A DNA stretch of 63,856 nt, counting the filler, from Octopus bimaculoides (taxonomy: Eukaryota): the NCBI RefSeq assembly GCF_001194135.2. It is 7 parts of 7 records of this genome, joined end to end, with 100 filler letters (N's around TTAATTAATTAA, not from the genome) between each part and the next. Parts side by side here need not be neighbours in the genome. Positions count along the whole stretch, not along the records: positions 44,631 to 55,952 come from NC_068997.1; positions 56,053 to 61,869 come from NC_068992.1; positions 61,970 to 63,856 come from NC_069005.1; 4 more parts are not named here. One strand, 5' to 3'. The notes under the pieces are model-generated. The model did not search any database, was not told the origin of the DNA, and saw only the letters and a list, made by a program, of their open reading frames with translations. The translations under genes were made by a program, and so were the position numbers. Shown one piece after another: positions 49,956 through 62,529 of the stretch; position 1 is the stretch's first letter, and every line of letters begins with the position of its first letter.

Positions 49956-50949
49956 GANNNNNNNNNNNNNNNNNNNNNNNNNNNNNNNNNNNNNNNNNNN
50001 NNNNNNNNNNNNNNNNNNNNNNNNNNNNNNNNNNNNNNNNNNNNNNNNNNNNNNNNNNNNNNNNNNNNNNNNNNNNNNNNNNNNNNNNNNNNNNNNNNNN
50101 NNNNNNNNNNNNNNNNNNNNNNNNNNNNNNNNNNNNNNNNNNNNNNNNNNNNNNNNNNNNNNNNNNNNNNNNNNNNNNNNNNNNNNNNNNNNNNNNNNNN
50201 NNNNNNNNNNNNNNNNNNNNNNNNNNNNNNNNNNNNNNNNNNNNNNNNNNNNNNNNNNNNNNNNNNNNNNNNNNNNNNNNNNNNNNNNNNNNNNNNNNNN
50301 NNNNNNNNNNNNNNNNNNNNNNNNNNNNNNNNNNNNNNNNNNNNNNNNNNNNNNNNNNNNNNNNNNNNNNNNNNNNNNNNNNNNNNNNNNNNNNNNNNNN
50401 NNNNNNNNNNNNNNNNNNNNNNNNNNNNNNNNNNNNNNNNNNNNNNNNNNNNNNNNNNNNNNNNNNNNNNNNNNNNNNNNNNNNNNNNNNNNNNNNNNNN
50501 NNNNNNNNNNNNNNNNNNNNNNNNNNNNNNNNNNNNNNNNNNNNNNNNNNNNNNNNNNNNNNNNNNNNNNNNNNNNNNNNNNNNNNNNNNNNNNNNNNNN
50601 NNNNNNNNNNNNNNNNNNNNNNNNNNNNNNNNNNNNNNNNNNNNNNNNNNNNNNNNNNNNNNNNNNNNNNNNNNNNNNNNNNNNNNNNNNNNNNNNNNNN
50701 NNNNNNNNNNNNNNNNNNNNNNNNNNNNNNNNNNNNNNNNNNNNNNNNNNNNNNNNNNNNNNNNNNNNNNNNNNNNNNNNNNNNNNNNNNNNNNNNNNNN
50801 NNNNNNNNNNNNNNNNNNNNNNNNNNNNNNNNNNNNNNNNNNNNNNNNNNNNNNNNNNNNNNNNNNNNNNNNNNNNNNNNNNNNNNNNNCTTATTATTTC
50901 AAAGAAGAAAAACAGGATACATACATTGACGGGTCTTATCCAGTTGCGT

Positions 50950-51485
50950 AAGTATGGCTGAGTGGTTGAGAGGTGCGCTTCGCAGTCTAGTTCGTTTGGG
51001 TTCAGTCCTACTGCACGGTATCTTGTTGTTCTATAGCTGTGGGCCGACTAATTTCTTGTGAGAGTATTTGATTGGCGGAAACTGTCGGAACCTATTGTAT
51101 ACATGTGTGTGTGTGTGTGTGTGTGAGTGTGTGTCTATGTGCAAGTGTGTTTGTGCGTATGTATGTGTGTGTCTGCGTGTGTGTGCGTGCGCGTATGTGT
51201 GCATGTGTGGTGTGTGTGCGTGTTTGTGTGTGTACGTGTGTGTGTATGTGAGCGTGTGTGTGGTATGTCTAAGGGTGTGTGTGTATCTGTGTGTCCCTTT
51301 GTGTCTTTGTCCCCCTACCACATACTGGCTGACGACCGACGCTAGTTTGTTTACGTCCCTGTAGCTTGGCGTTTCAGCAAGAGAGCAAAATAGAATACGT
51401 ACCAGAGTTTGAGAAATAAGTTCTGAGATGGAAAGCGTTGCCCTGGCCATAGCTGCAGTCCAATGACTGAAACAAGTACAAAAAC
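50950..51485 (+). mobile_element. SINE family A with expanded internal (TG)-rich tract
   Basis: Head GTATGGCTGAGTGG, about 200 bp of TG-rich insert, and tail GCAGTCCAATGACTGAAACAAGTA. Confidence 0.8.
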
Positions 51486-51799
51486 AAAATTAATTAAATC
51501 ACGGTTGGAAAAGGAAAACAGAAAAAAAATAAAATGGATGTTCATATTTGGAAGGTCTTTGATCATAGGCCTACTGAATCGGGGTCAATTTTGGTGCAAG
51601 ATCGAAACATCAACAACAACTACAACAACGACAGGAACATTGAAATAAATTCTTGAAATAAACGCAAATATACCAAGCTTCGTCGGCATTATGTGTCTCT
51701 GGAAATTCACGTTAAGCAATATGCGGTTTGTCACAGAATAATGGTTATATGAGAGTATTGTAGTTCGCTTGAAGCATTGTGTATTGTTTGTAAAGAATA

Positions 51800-52099
51800 A
51801 AATGTTTTGAATGGTACAACAATGCACTTTGATACAAACAATGGGCTATATACCTGTTGTAATTTAACCATCCATAGTCTGATGATATTTCGGAATAAGA
51901 TTCTTTCCTCAGATATCCCTAGGAATTGATGGAATCGCCGCTATGATCGGTTATAGCAGCGATTCTACCAATTCCTTGTGATATCTCAAGAAGGAATTTT
52001 ATTCCGAAATATCATATCAGACTATGGATGGTTAAATTACAACAGGTATATAGCCCATTGTTTGTATCAAAGTGCATTGTTGTACCATTCGAAACATTT
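51800..52099. repeat. 300-bp fold-back inverted repeat
   Basis: Arms 51800-51944 and 51953-52099 with an 8-nt loop. The outer 84 bp have 1 substitution; the inner 61 bp have 9, plus a 2-nt bulge between the two zones. Confidence 0.95.
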
Positions 52100-52637
52100 G
52101 ATGGTTATATGTTACACCCAGCGCTGGATAAAACATTAAGCAAGATAAGCAGGTGCTTAGGGCATCAAAGAAAGGAGACGAGGGACATTGTAGAAATGAT
52201 AAATAGTTTACGGCACAAAAGAAATCACTTTAAACTAACTAAAATAACAGTCGCAGTGGTTTATATGATCGGAAATGTAATTTCGAAGTCTTCATGGTAT
52301 CATAGCGAGGATCTGATCTGATCAAAGATTTTGCAATTAAAAAAAAAACAGTAGAAAACCTTTCAAATATAAATAAAGTGGAAGTATACAAAACTAGAAT
52401 AATATTTTGCTCTTAAATTTGTTTCATTTTGAAAATAAAAAAAATTATGTATGTATGTATGCATTTATGTATGTATGAATGTATGTATGTATCTATGTAT
52501 GTATGTATGTATGAAGGTAGGTAGGTAGGTAGGTAGGTAGGTAGGTAGGTAGGTAGGTAGGTAGGTAGGTAGGTAGGTAGGTAGGTAGATATACATGCAT
52601 GTATAGATACATACATAGAGACAAAGACAGAGGTACG

Positions 52638-52712
<75 letters not shown>

Positions 52713-53059
52713 GTGGACGCTTCAATGACGTACATCTTTCCACTTGATAGATAGTCATGAAACTGACAAAATCTATCCGTTTCTTTTAACAGCACATTTA
52801 TATGTGACTAATTAAAACAATAGACATCAGCTACACCATCTCTGATGAGGTCCAAATCATAGGTAACAATACGCTATAAAACTGGTGATCTGATCTCTTG
52901 TAGTGTCATTAACCCTAAGTTATGTAGGTCAGTTAGTAAGTATAAGTAAGATAAGCGCGCGCGTGTGTCTGTGTTTGTTGGTGTTTATGCAGTATATGAT
53001 GCAAGACTGCATACAATAACATATTATGCATACTAATAATACACATACAAATATATACA

Positions 53060-53095
<36 letters not shown>

Positions 53096-53788
53096 TCCAA
53101 AGTTTTAAATTTTTACATTTAAGAGACTTGACGCCAATATCCATATGAGTGTATTTAATCCGATGTTAACATTTCTGTATACAGCTATATTTGACCATTA
53201 AGTATAAGTCAAATATATCAGTTGCCATACACTTCATCAGGAATAATTTTCTTTAGAACAAAGAAAAACAAAAAAACAAGGAGAACGATCGCTAAGGAGT
53301 CTAATTTAGATTTTTTGAGGTGAAATCTCCTGCTATATTGGTAACGATTACATAGTTTACTTTCAAAAATTACATATATATATATATATACAGAGAGAGA
53401 GAGGGGATATGCGTATGTATGTGTGTATATGTATATATGAATGTTTGTATGTATACATGCTTATATATGCATGACNNNNNNNNNNNNNNNNNNNNNNNNN
53501 NNNNNNNNNNNNNNNNNNNNNNNNNNNNNNNNNNNNNNNNNNNNNNNNNNNNNNNNNNNNNNNNNNNNNNNNNNNNNNNNNNNNNNNNNNNNNNNNNNNN
53601 NNNNNNNNNNNNNNNNNNNNNNNNNNNNNNNNNNNNNNNNNNNNNNNNNNNNNNNNNNNNNNNNNNNNNNNNNNNNNNNNNNNNNNNNNNNNNNNNNNNN
53701 NNNNNNNNNNNNNNNNNNNNNNNNNNNNNNNNNNNNNNNNNNNNNNNNNNNNNNNNNNNNNNNNNNNNNNNNNNNNNNNNNNNNNNNN

Positions 53789-53821
<33 letters not shown>

Positions 53822-54018
53822 GAGTATATATATATATACAGAGAGAGAGAGGGGATATGCGTATGTATGTGTGTATATGTATATATGAATGTTTGTATGT
53901 ATACATGCTTATATATGCATGACTGTATAAGTATATTTATATTTACATATAAATAGTTCTAAGGATATACATAATTATGCAAATTTTCTAATATATCTGC
54001 ATGTGTATACATATATGT

Positions 54019-54059
<41 letters not shown>

Positions 54060-54476
54060 AACATACATACACATTTATATATGTATAGATTTAGATGTAG
54101 ATATAGATATGTATATAAGAATATAAGTATATATTTACATATATATTGAGTGCGTTGTTGGGTGTGATGTGCGTATACACACACACACTCACACACTACA
54201 TTGGCTGCAAAAGTTAACCTGTGATAGTAGCCAGACATTAGAATTACACAGACCTAACTAATCGATACAACCCAATCAATACAAACACAGATGCCACACT
54301 CATTACACAGGAGTCTATCTTCTGAAACTGTTAAAAGTTGATCTGGGTACGTTGTGTGGAGTGCATCCTACATCAAAGTCTTCGCCGAAGAAAGACATCA
54401 GTTTGTGATAAGATCGGAAACCTATGTCTTCCTATTATAATAAGTATGTATTGCAAGGTGTTTGTGTATATATGTG

Positions 54477-54552
<76 letters not shown>

Positions 54553-54747
54553 TGTATGTTTGTGTGTGTATAAATGTGTGGCTCTTGTAAATATTTAAAC
54601 ATACAGGTATTAACACACATTCGTACAAACACACACACCACACGCGTGTGTGTGTGAGTGTGTGTGTGTATTTATGCATAATGAATGTAATTTTTGTGTT
54701 ACATTTCTTTATAAGATACATACATACATATATATAATATATGTATA

Positions 54748-54792
<45 letters not shown>

Positions 54793-55635
54793 NNNNNNNN
54801 NNNNNNNNNNNNNNNNNNNNNNNNNNNNNNNNNNNNNNNNNNNNNNNNNNNNNNNNNNNNNNNNNNNNNNNNNNNNNNNNNNNNNNNNNNNNNNNNNNNN
54901 NNNNNNNNNNNNNNNNNNNNNNNNNNNNNNNNNNNNNNNNNNNNNNNNNNNNNNNNNNNNNNNNNNNNNNNNNNNNNNNNNNNNNNNNNNNNNNNNNNNN
55001 NNNNNNNNNNNNNNNNNNNNNNNNNNNNNNNNNNNNNNNNNNNNNNNNNNNNNNNNNNNNNNNNNNNNNNNNNNNNNNNNNNNNNNNNNNNNNNNNNNNN
55101 NNNNNNNNNNNNNNNNNNNNNNNNNNNNNNNNNNNNNNNNNNNNNNNNNNNNNNNNNNNNNNNNNNNNNNNNNNNNNNNNNNNNNNNNNNNNNNNNNNNN
55201 NNNNNNNNNNNNNNNNNNNNNNNNNNNNNNNNNNNNNNNNNNNNNNNNNNNNNNNNNNNNNNNNNNNNNNNNNNNNNNNNNNNNNNNNNNNNNNNNNNNN
55301 NNNNNNNNNNNNNNNNNNNTATATACATGTATATGTATATACACAAATATTTCAATATATATAGCTGTATTTGTGTATGCGTGCATGTACAGCAAGGTGG
55401 GTCTTTGTGTGTGAAAATAGCTACTCTCACACATACATAGACACATACATACACATATACATACATACACACATATACGTACATACATACATACATACAT
55501 ACATACATACATACATTCATACATGACAAGGTTTGACTGGGTGTTTATGAATACCTAATTCTAGAAGTCTCTCCGCGTTTGCAGCTGTGTACCCATCTAT
55601 AATTTCAGGACACACGCATACATATACACACACAA

Positions 55636-55671
<36 letters not shown>

Positions 55672-55920
55672 GTATAAATATTTGTCTATGTATTAGTTGA
55701 ATGTGTGTGTCTGTGTGTGTCTGTGTGTGTGTGAGTTCAGGTGTAAATGTATAGTTCTAGTTATGTTTGTGTCTTTTATGTATGTGTCCTTGGACAAATA
55801 AAGAACAAAACAAAACAATACATAATAAGCGCGTATATAGATGTGTCTATATTCTCTCTCTAGCTATCTCCTGCTCTCTTTTTCTCCTCTCTCCTGGTAT
55901 CTCAAGTAATGTACCTATTC

Positions 55921-55952
<32 letters not shown>

Positions 55953-56052
55953 NNNNNNNNNNNNNNNNNNNNNNNNNNNNNNNNNNNNNNNNNNNNTTAA
56001 TTAATTAANNNNNNNNNNNNNNNNNNNNNNNNNNNNNNNNNNNNNNNNNNNN

Positions 56053-56803
56053 GTTCTATTTAGCAATTCAGTTAAAGGTGTGAGTGCCAGGCAGAACAGG
56101 AGTGGAGAGAGCGTGTCTCCCTGGAATATTCCTCTTCTAATGAGGATGGCTTTCGTTTTCACCAGTCCCTCTTTTGTTTGGAGCTGTAGCACTGTCTGCC
56201 ATTTATTCATAGAGTGCCTTATGTATTTTATAATAATTGGTGCCACCTTGTTTATGACTAGTGTTTCGAGGATCCACGTGTGGGGAACACTGTCAAAAGC
56301 ATTTCGTTAATTGATCCAGGCCATACTGAGGCCTTTCTTCTTTCTGCTGCTGTCTTCAGTTATGGCTTTATGGATCATTAATTGATCTTTACAGACGTAT
56401 GAGCCTTTGCAGCATCCCTTCTGCTCTTCTGGAAACAGGTTGTTATTTTCCAGGTGCTTACTCAATCTCTGTGATATTATTGCAGTAAAAGCTTTGTAGA
56501 TTGTAGGGAGACAGGTTATAGGTCTGTAGTTTTGTGGTTTCTCCGTTTCCGTGGATTTGGGAATTAAGATGGTTTTCCCTTTCATGAGCCATTCAAGCAT
56601 TGTCTCTGGCTCTGCTAGTATGTTGTTAAAGTTTTCAGCCAGCGTTTTGTGCATTCCTGTCAGGTATTTTAACCAGAAGTTGGGGATCTTGTCATGCCCA
56701 GGTGCCTTCCAGTTGCTTAGTTTTTGCTGTGCTTGGGTGACCTCTTCAGTTGTTATAGGGGTCCAGAGTTGCTCAGATGCTAAGTTCGTTGTTTTAATGG
56801 TCC
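56053..56803 (-). mobile_element. R4/Dong-clade RT fragment, 5'-truncated at (TAA)n
   Basis: NWKAPGHDKIPNFWLK, NYRPITCLPTIYK, AWIN*RNAFDSVPH and RGIFQGDTLSPLLFCLAL. Runs into a gap. Confidence 0.9.
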
Positions 56804-56846
<43 letters not shown>

Positions 56847-56848
<2 letters not shown>

Positions 56849-57065
56849 GGTGGGTTGGCAAAATCTTTAGCACACCAGACAAATTGCTTAGTGGCATTTT
56901 GTCCATCTTTTCCATCTTGAGTTCAAATGCTGCTGAGGTTGACTTTGCCGTTTCTCTTTCCAGGGTTGATAAAGTAAGTTCTAGTTGAGATCTGGGGTTG
57001 ATGTAATCTATTTTCCCTCACTCTTAGAATTGTTGGCCTTGTGCCAAAATTTGGAACCACTATTG

Positions 57066-57105
<40 letters not shown>

Positions 57106-57780
57106 GGCAGTGAGCTGGCAGAATCGTTAGCAGGCTGGTCGAAATGCTTAGCAGTATTTCGTCTACCACTATGTTCTGAGTTCAAATTCCGCCGAGTTCG
57201 ACCTTGCCTTTCATCCTTTCGGGGTTGATAAATTAAGTACCAGATGCATTACTGGGGTTGATCAAATTGACTGGCCCCCTGCCCCAAAGATTTTGAGCCT
57301 TGTGCCTGTAGTAGAAAAGGTTATTATTATTAAGGTGGTGAACTTGCAGAATTGTTAGCATGTTGGGTGAAATGCTTAGCAGTATTTCGTCAACCCCTAC
57401 TACGTTCTGAGTTCAAATACCACTGAGGTCGACTTTGCCTTTAATCCTTTCAGGTTCAGTCAATAAAATAAGTACCAGTTAAACACTGGGTGTCGATGTA
57501 ATCAACTTATCCCTTTCCCCAAAGTGGCTGCCCTTGTGGAAAAATTTGAAACCATTATTATTATTATTATTGAGTTGGCAGAATTGTTAACTCACCTGGC
57601 AAGATGCTTAGTGGCATTTTGTTTACCTTTATGTTGTGAGTTCAAATTCCATTGAGGCCGACATTGCTTTTTCATCCTTTAGGGGTTGATAATGTAAATA
57701 CTAGTTGAGGACTGGCGTTGATATAATTGATTTACCCCTCCCCTGAAATTGCTGGCCTTGTACCAAAATTTGAAATCATA
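56847..57780 (+). mobile_element. Four head-to-tail SINE family B copies separated by (TAT)n
   Basis: Units start at about 56847, 57105, 57331 and 57572, each preceded by TATTATTATT. Confidence 0.9.
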
Positions 57781-57795
57781 ATCATTATTATTATT

Positions 57796-58315
57796 CAGTA
57801 GTCTTATTTTTATCACGTGCTTTCACTGCACTACCGAGTGTGTGCTTTCACTGCACTACCTCTGTGTACCTTGGGCATGTGTTGTGGTTTGTTGTGATGC
57901 TCTTATGGTTACTGTATTGAAAGTGTTTTATGTAGGATGTGTGCAGTGCCTAGTGGTGGTATTTTCTGTATGTTATATATACTTGTTAGTCCTGGTGTTT
58001 TTGTTATGTATTTGTCTGAATATTCTTTTATCATGCCTAATGCACCCACTATGATAAGAATTATTTCTGCTTTTAGATTCCACATTCGAGTTACCTCTAT
58101 TTCCAGGTCTTTGTATTTTGAAAATTTCTCCATTTCTTTTAGAGAAACGTTGTCATCTGTTGGTGTTGATACATCAATTAGAAAACATTTTTTTTCTTGA
58201 TGATCCCTGACAGCTATATCTGGCCTATTGGCCTTAATTTCCCTATCTGTGTGTATTGGCTTATCCCATAGTATGGTTGTTTTCTTATTTTCTGTGACCT
58301 TTTCTGGCGTGTGCC
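57796..58315 (-). mobile_element. R4/Dong-clade 3' fragment (RLE domain plus 3' UTR) embedded in (TAA)n
   Basis: ILWDKPIHTDREIKANRPDIAVRD..FLIDVS..EKFSKYKDLEIEVTRMW..IIVGALG. (TAT)n lies on both sides. Confidence 0.9.
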
Positions 58316-58573
58316 TATTATTATTATTATTATTATTATTATTATCTTCTATTTTGTAGGAGTTTCTGGTGTATGATGACTACTTTACCTGCCTAGCTGC
58401 AAAGACATAAACTCAACTGCTTCACCCCCATAATAGTTGAGGACATCTAAAATCTTGCTCCACATTGTGTTAGGATTACCCTCTGTCGCTGTTTGCCAAG
58501 ACTATGCCCATCGACTATCATTAATCTCAATAGTAACTGAACTAAAAAAGAAAGAAAAGAAAAAATTGCCAAA

Positions 58574-58663
58574 ATGACGGCTACAGGTGAAGAACAAGAA
58601 CAACAATCACAACCACACCAACGGAGTGGTAAGTCCCACTCGGAACGGTCAAATTACTTGGTG
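58574..58663 (+). CDS. Putative first coding segment of an unidentified host gene (exon about 58360-58663)
   Basis: Acceptor TCTTCTATTTTGTAG|G at 58359/58360, A-rich leader, GCCAAAATG, then MTATGEEQEQQSQPHQRSGKSHSERSNYLV. Two GTAAGT donors (58629, 58664) and a T-rich intron-like sequence follow. No homology recognised. Confidence 0.45.
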
Positions 58664-59024
58664 GTAAGTACTGGCTTTCTTTCTCTAGTGTTTGAGTCAG
58701 GAAAATTGGTTTTTTGTTTTGTTTTTATATTTTTTTAGTTTTGTTTTCAGTTAAAATTCATCTTGATCCCCCCCCCCTCGTAATAATGTCATTATTCATT
58801 TTTCTTTTTTTTAAAAATTATTTTCTTCCTTTTTGTCTATTTTTTTCCCTCTTATGCGTTTTTACTTTTCTTTATGTGTGTATCTGTGTGTGTGTGCCTG
58901 TGTGTGTGAATGCCAGTGATTATGTGCTTGTGAATGTGGTGTGTGCGTGTATGTATGTTTCTGTGTGTTGTGTATTTGTAAATGTGTGTGCATGTTTGTG
59001 TATGTGTTTGCATGTGTATGTCCA

Positions 59025-59300
59025 TATGTAAAAGGGTAAAGATGCCTTTTGGTCAAGAATGACCATGAGATTGCACAAGTCTGGGCAAGGCTGTTTATTG
59101 AAGACCAGCAGTCATCCATGCATGTCAGCCTCCCCCTCTCCATGCCACTGATATTATCCAAGAGAAAAGCATTTCTACAGCTGAGTGAACTGGACCAATG
59201 TGAAATAAAGTGCCTTGCTTAAGAACACAACACACAGCCTGGTGCAGGAATTGAACTCACAACCTCATGATTGTGAGCCCAAATCCCTAACCACTGTCCA
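59025..59300 (-). mobile_element. SINE family D-like, diverged
   Basis: Reverse complement of a tRNA head (GGAATTGAACTC..CCCTAACCACT) and AAATAAAGTGCCTTGCTTAAG. Confidence 0.65.
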
Positions 59301-59544
59301 TGTGTGCGTGTGTATATTTTTGTGCATGTGCATGTGTTTGCATGTATGTTTGGGTACCTTGTTTGGTTAAGAAGTTCCTTTGCCTGTTATGAGGGTTTGA
59401 TTCCACTGTCCAACACCCTCAGCTTGTTTCTTCCATCGTAACAATATCTCAGTCCAAGTCCAGTAATAGAAACTGTGCAGAAGCCCACTCAATGGGCCAT
59501 GATTGTTCTTGTCTTAGAGACTTAATCTCTCAACTCCATTTTAT

Positions 59545-59815
59545 TTAACCTTTTGATCAAAGACAAGACAGCGCCGTTGATCTTTTTTATATTTTTGTTA
59601 TTGTATTTATTTTGAGATGCTCTGTGTTTCTTTCAATTACTTTAGATATAACAAAGAATTTAGTAAAATAACCTAGTTATCATTCAGCTAGTAATTAGGA
59701 ACATAAATTGTGACTAAGGTTTGGTGGAAGATTTTAATTCAGAACATTTGAAAACAAGACATTTGTACTACAGAGCCAGAGGCAGTTTCAGCTGGGTTGG
59801 TATCAAAAAAGTTCA
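59545..59815. mobile_element. piggyBac-type MITE, degenerate ends
   Basis: The internal sequence is highly similar to 59862-60088. Confidence 0.65.
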
Positions 59816-59861
59816 TTTGCAGAATCTTGTGCAAATTGAAGACATATTTGACTGACTGCCA

Positions 59862-60088
59862 TTAACCCTTTTGCTACCATATTTCTATTGAGATGCTCTG
59901 TGTTTCTTTCATTTAATCTTAAATATAACAAAGAATTTAGTAAAATAACTTAGTTATCATTCAGCTAGTGTTAGGAACATAAATTGTGACTAATGTTTAG
60001 TGGAAAATTTTAATTCAGAATTTTTGAAAACAAGACATTTCTACGTAGCCAGAGCCGGTTTCAGCTGGGTTGATAACGAAAGGGTTAA
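59862..60088. mobile_element. piggyBac-type MITE
   Basis: TTAA-CCCTTT...AAAGGG-TTAA: TTAA target duplication with CCC/GGG termini. Confidence 0.8.
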
Positions 60089-60424
60089 ACTGAGCAGTGG
60101 ATACAATTTATCATCCAGGAACTTGAAACATAAAAAGATGGGACAAATATTACTAAGTGTTTTGTCTGGCACTTTACCAATTCCACCAGTCAACCATCTT
60201 TGTCTGGTACTTTATTTATTGAACTCTAAAATGATGGGAAAAAATGGTGACCTCTGCTGGATTTGAGCCAGATCAAGTATCACTTTCATCATCATCATTA
60301 TCATCGTTTAACATGTTCCATGCATGGATGGGTAGGACAATACTAATTCATCACATAGCATATTAGTGTTGCATCTTTACCACAGTTCACTCTATTACAA
60401 GCATTTGGACCAAGATGACTCTGT

Positions 60425-60625
60425 TTCTTAGCAATAAACTGCTAGAATCATTAGCATCCCAGGTAAAATGCTTAGCGGCATTTTACCCATCTTCACATTC
60501 TGAGTTCCAATTATGCTGTGGTTGATTTTTGCCTTTTAATAAAATAAATACCAGTTCAACCCTGGGGTCAATATAATCAACTAACTCTTCCCTTGAAAAT
60601 GCTGGCCTTGTCCCAAAATTTAAAA
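60425..60625 (+). mobile_element. SINE family B, diverged
   Basis: GCTAGAATCATTAGC..GAGTTCCAATT..AAATACCAG..GCTGGCCTTGTCCCAAAATTT. Confidence 0.75.
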
Positions 60626-60770
60626 TCAATATTCTCTTTCCTATTGTAGTGACTGATGGATTGCCATTTCTTCCTCCCTTCATTCCACCTCCAGCATCAT
60701 CAGATAAAATGCTTGGCAGCATTTCATCCTTGGATCTTACCTCTACACACACACATGTGCGTGCATGCGT

Positions 60771-60819
<49 letters not shown>

Positions 60820-60821
<2 letters not shown>

Positions 60822-60935
60822 ATGAGTTTTTAGTTTCTGTCTACCAAATCCACTTACAAGGCTTTGTTCAGCCTGAGACTATAGCAGAAGATATTTGTGC
60901 AGGGTGCCATGCAGTGGGACCGAACCTGAGACAAG
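60820..60935 (-). mobile_element. SINE family A fragment
   Basis: TCAGTTTC-like TTAGTTTCTGTCTACCAAATCCACT..CTATAGCAGAAGA..GCAGTGGGACCGAACC. Confidence 0.75.
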
Positions 60936-61707
60936 CATCAGTATATGACAAATTGTGGACAGTAGAGGTTGGATGGAAAAGTAGTGTGTAAGTTTGGTGG
61001 AAGAGGAAAGCATAAGAAATGGTGAGATTAGATCTTGGAACACTGGTTTTCAAAAAGAGTTGAGTGATGTGTGGTATGGTAGACCTAGTTCACTCCGACA
61101 TCTGAAAATGGATTTTGACCAATAATGATTATAGTGTGTCTGTTTGTCTTTTCTTTTTAATTTAGAGTAAATTTTGATTGGCCACCAACTTGATAGTAAG
61201 GTTGTGAAGGAAAATATCTTGATTTAACCATCATCCTTGAAGTCATTAGAAGGTCTTGCAGATTCTTATAGTCCCAGATGTTGTGATGTATGTATGTACA
61301 TATCATCATCATTGTTTTTTTGCAAACGATTTTCATACATAATCCTTATCAGATTGATTCAGTATCTGTCATTACAATGACACCTCAACCATCAATAGTT
61401 GCACATATTACTGCACAATACACTTATATTCATGAGGTTGAATCCAAATGAGCAAGTCTTTTTTATTACGTCAATTTACAGTTTTTTCACTTTATTCTTC
61501 CTGTTTGTTAATTTGAAAGCTCTATGGATACTTGTGCATTTTCATACAAGTGTTTCATAATACAATCTCCAGATTACTGTCTTGTCTGATTGCCTGTACC
61601 TGTGCATGAGCTTAATGGGGGTATACTCTACGGAAATAATACGCACACATACACATACGTATGTACACGTAGTTATATGCAGGCATGTATTACATATGTG
61701 TATATGA

Positions 61708-61739
<32 letters not shown>

Positions 61740-61807
61740 ACACACACATTGTATGAGAGAATAGGAATTTATCATGCACCTAGCACATTAACTTCAACTA
61801 TATATGT

Positions 61808-61839
<32 letters not shown>

Positions 61840-62171
61840 ATAGTATGTGTATATATATATATATATATANNNNNNNNNNNNNNNNNNNNNNNNNNNNNNN
61901 NNNNNNNNNNNNNTTAATTAATTAANNNNNNNNNNNNNNNNNNNNNNNNNNNNNNNNNNNNNNNNNNNNTTTATGTACGAGGTTCATAGCCTCAATGTGA
62001 AAATTTAATTTTATAAAGAACAGTGTTATAGAGAAGCAAAGTTCGGCGGGCGGCTTTTGCCTTCTCTCATTATACCATCATATTTATCATCCATTTCATC
62101 TCATTAATGTTTTTGTCCAGCCCGTAGCTACTCTCTGTGTACTGCCTTTATGGCAAATTGAAATGAAATAA

Positions 62172-62512
62172 AGTAGCTTGCTTACCAACCACATGGTTCC
62201 GGGTTCAGTCCCACTGGATGGCACCTTGGGCAAGTGTCTTCTACTATAGTCTCAGGCTGACTTGAGCTTTGTGAGAGGATTTGGTAGACGGAAACTGAAA
62301 GAAACCCGTCGTGTGTCTGTGTTTGTCCCCCCACCACCGCTTGACAACTGATGTTGGTGTATTTACGTCCCCGTAACTTAGCGTTTTGGGAAAAAGAGAC
62401 CAATAGAATAAGTACTGGGCTTACAAAGAATGGGGTCGATTTGTTCGTGTAAAGGCGGTGCTCCAGCAAGGCCGCAGTCGAATGACTGGAACAAATAAAA
62501 AAGAATGAAAAA
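62172..62512 (+). mobile_element. SINE family A, slightly 5'-truncated, no internal microsatellite expansion
   Basis: Near-consensus head, CORE-like segment and tail. Confidence 0.9.
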
Positions 62513-62529
62513 TAAAGATACAAACATTT

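Noticed and set aside
52842-52890. CTGATGAG followed by AAAAC
   Set aside because: No helix II pairing and GAAA is absent.
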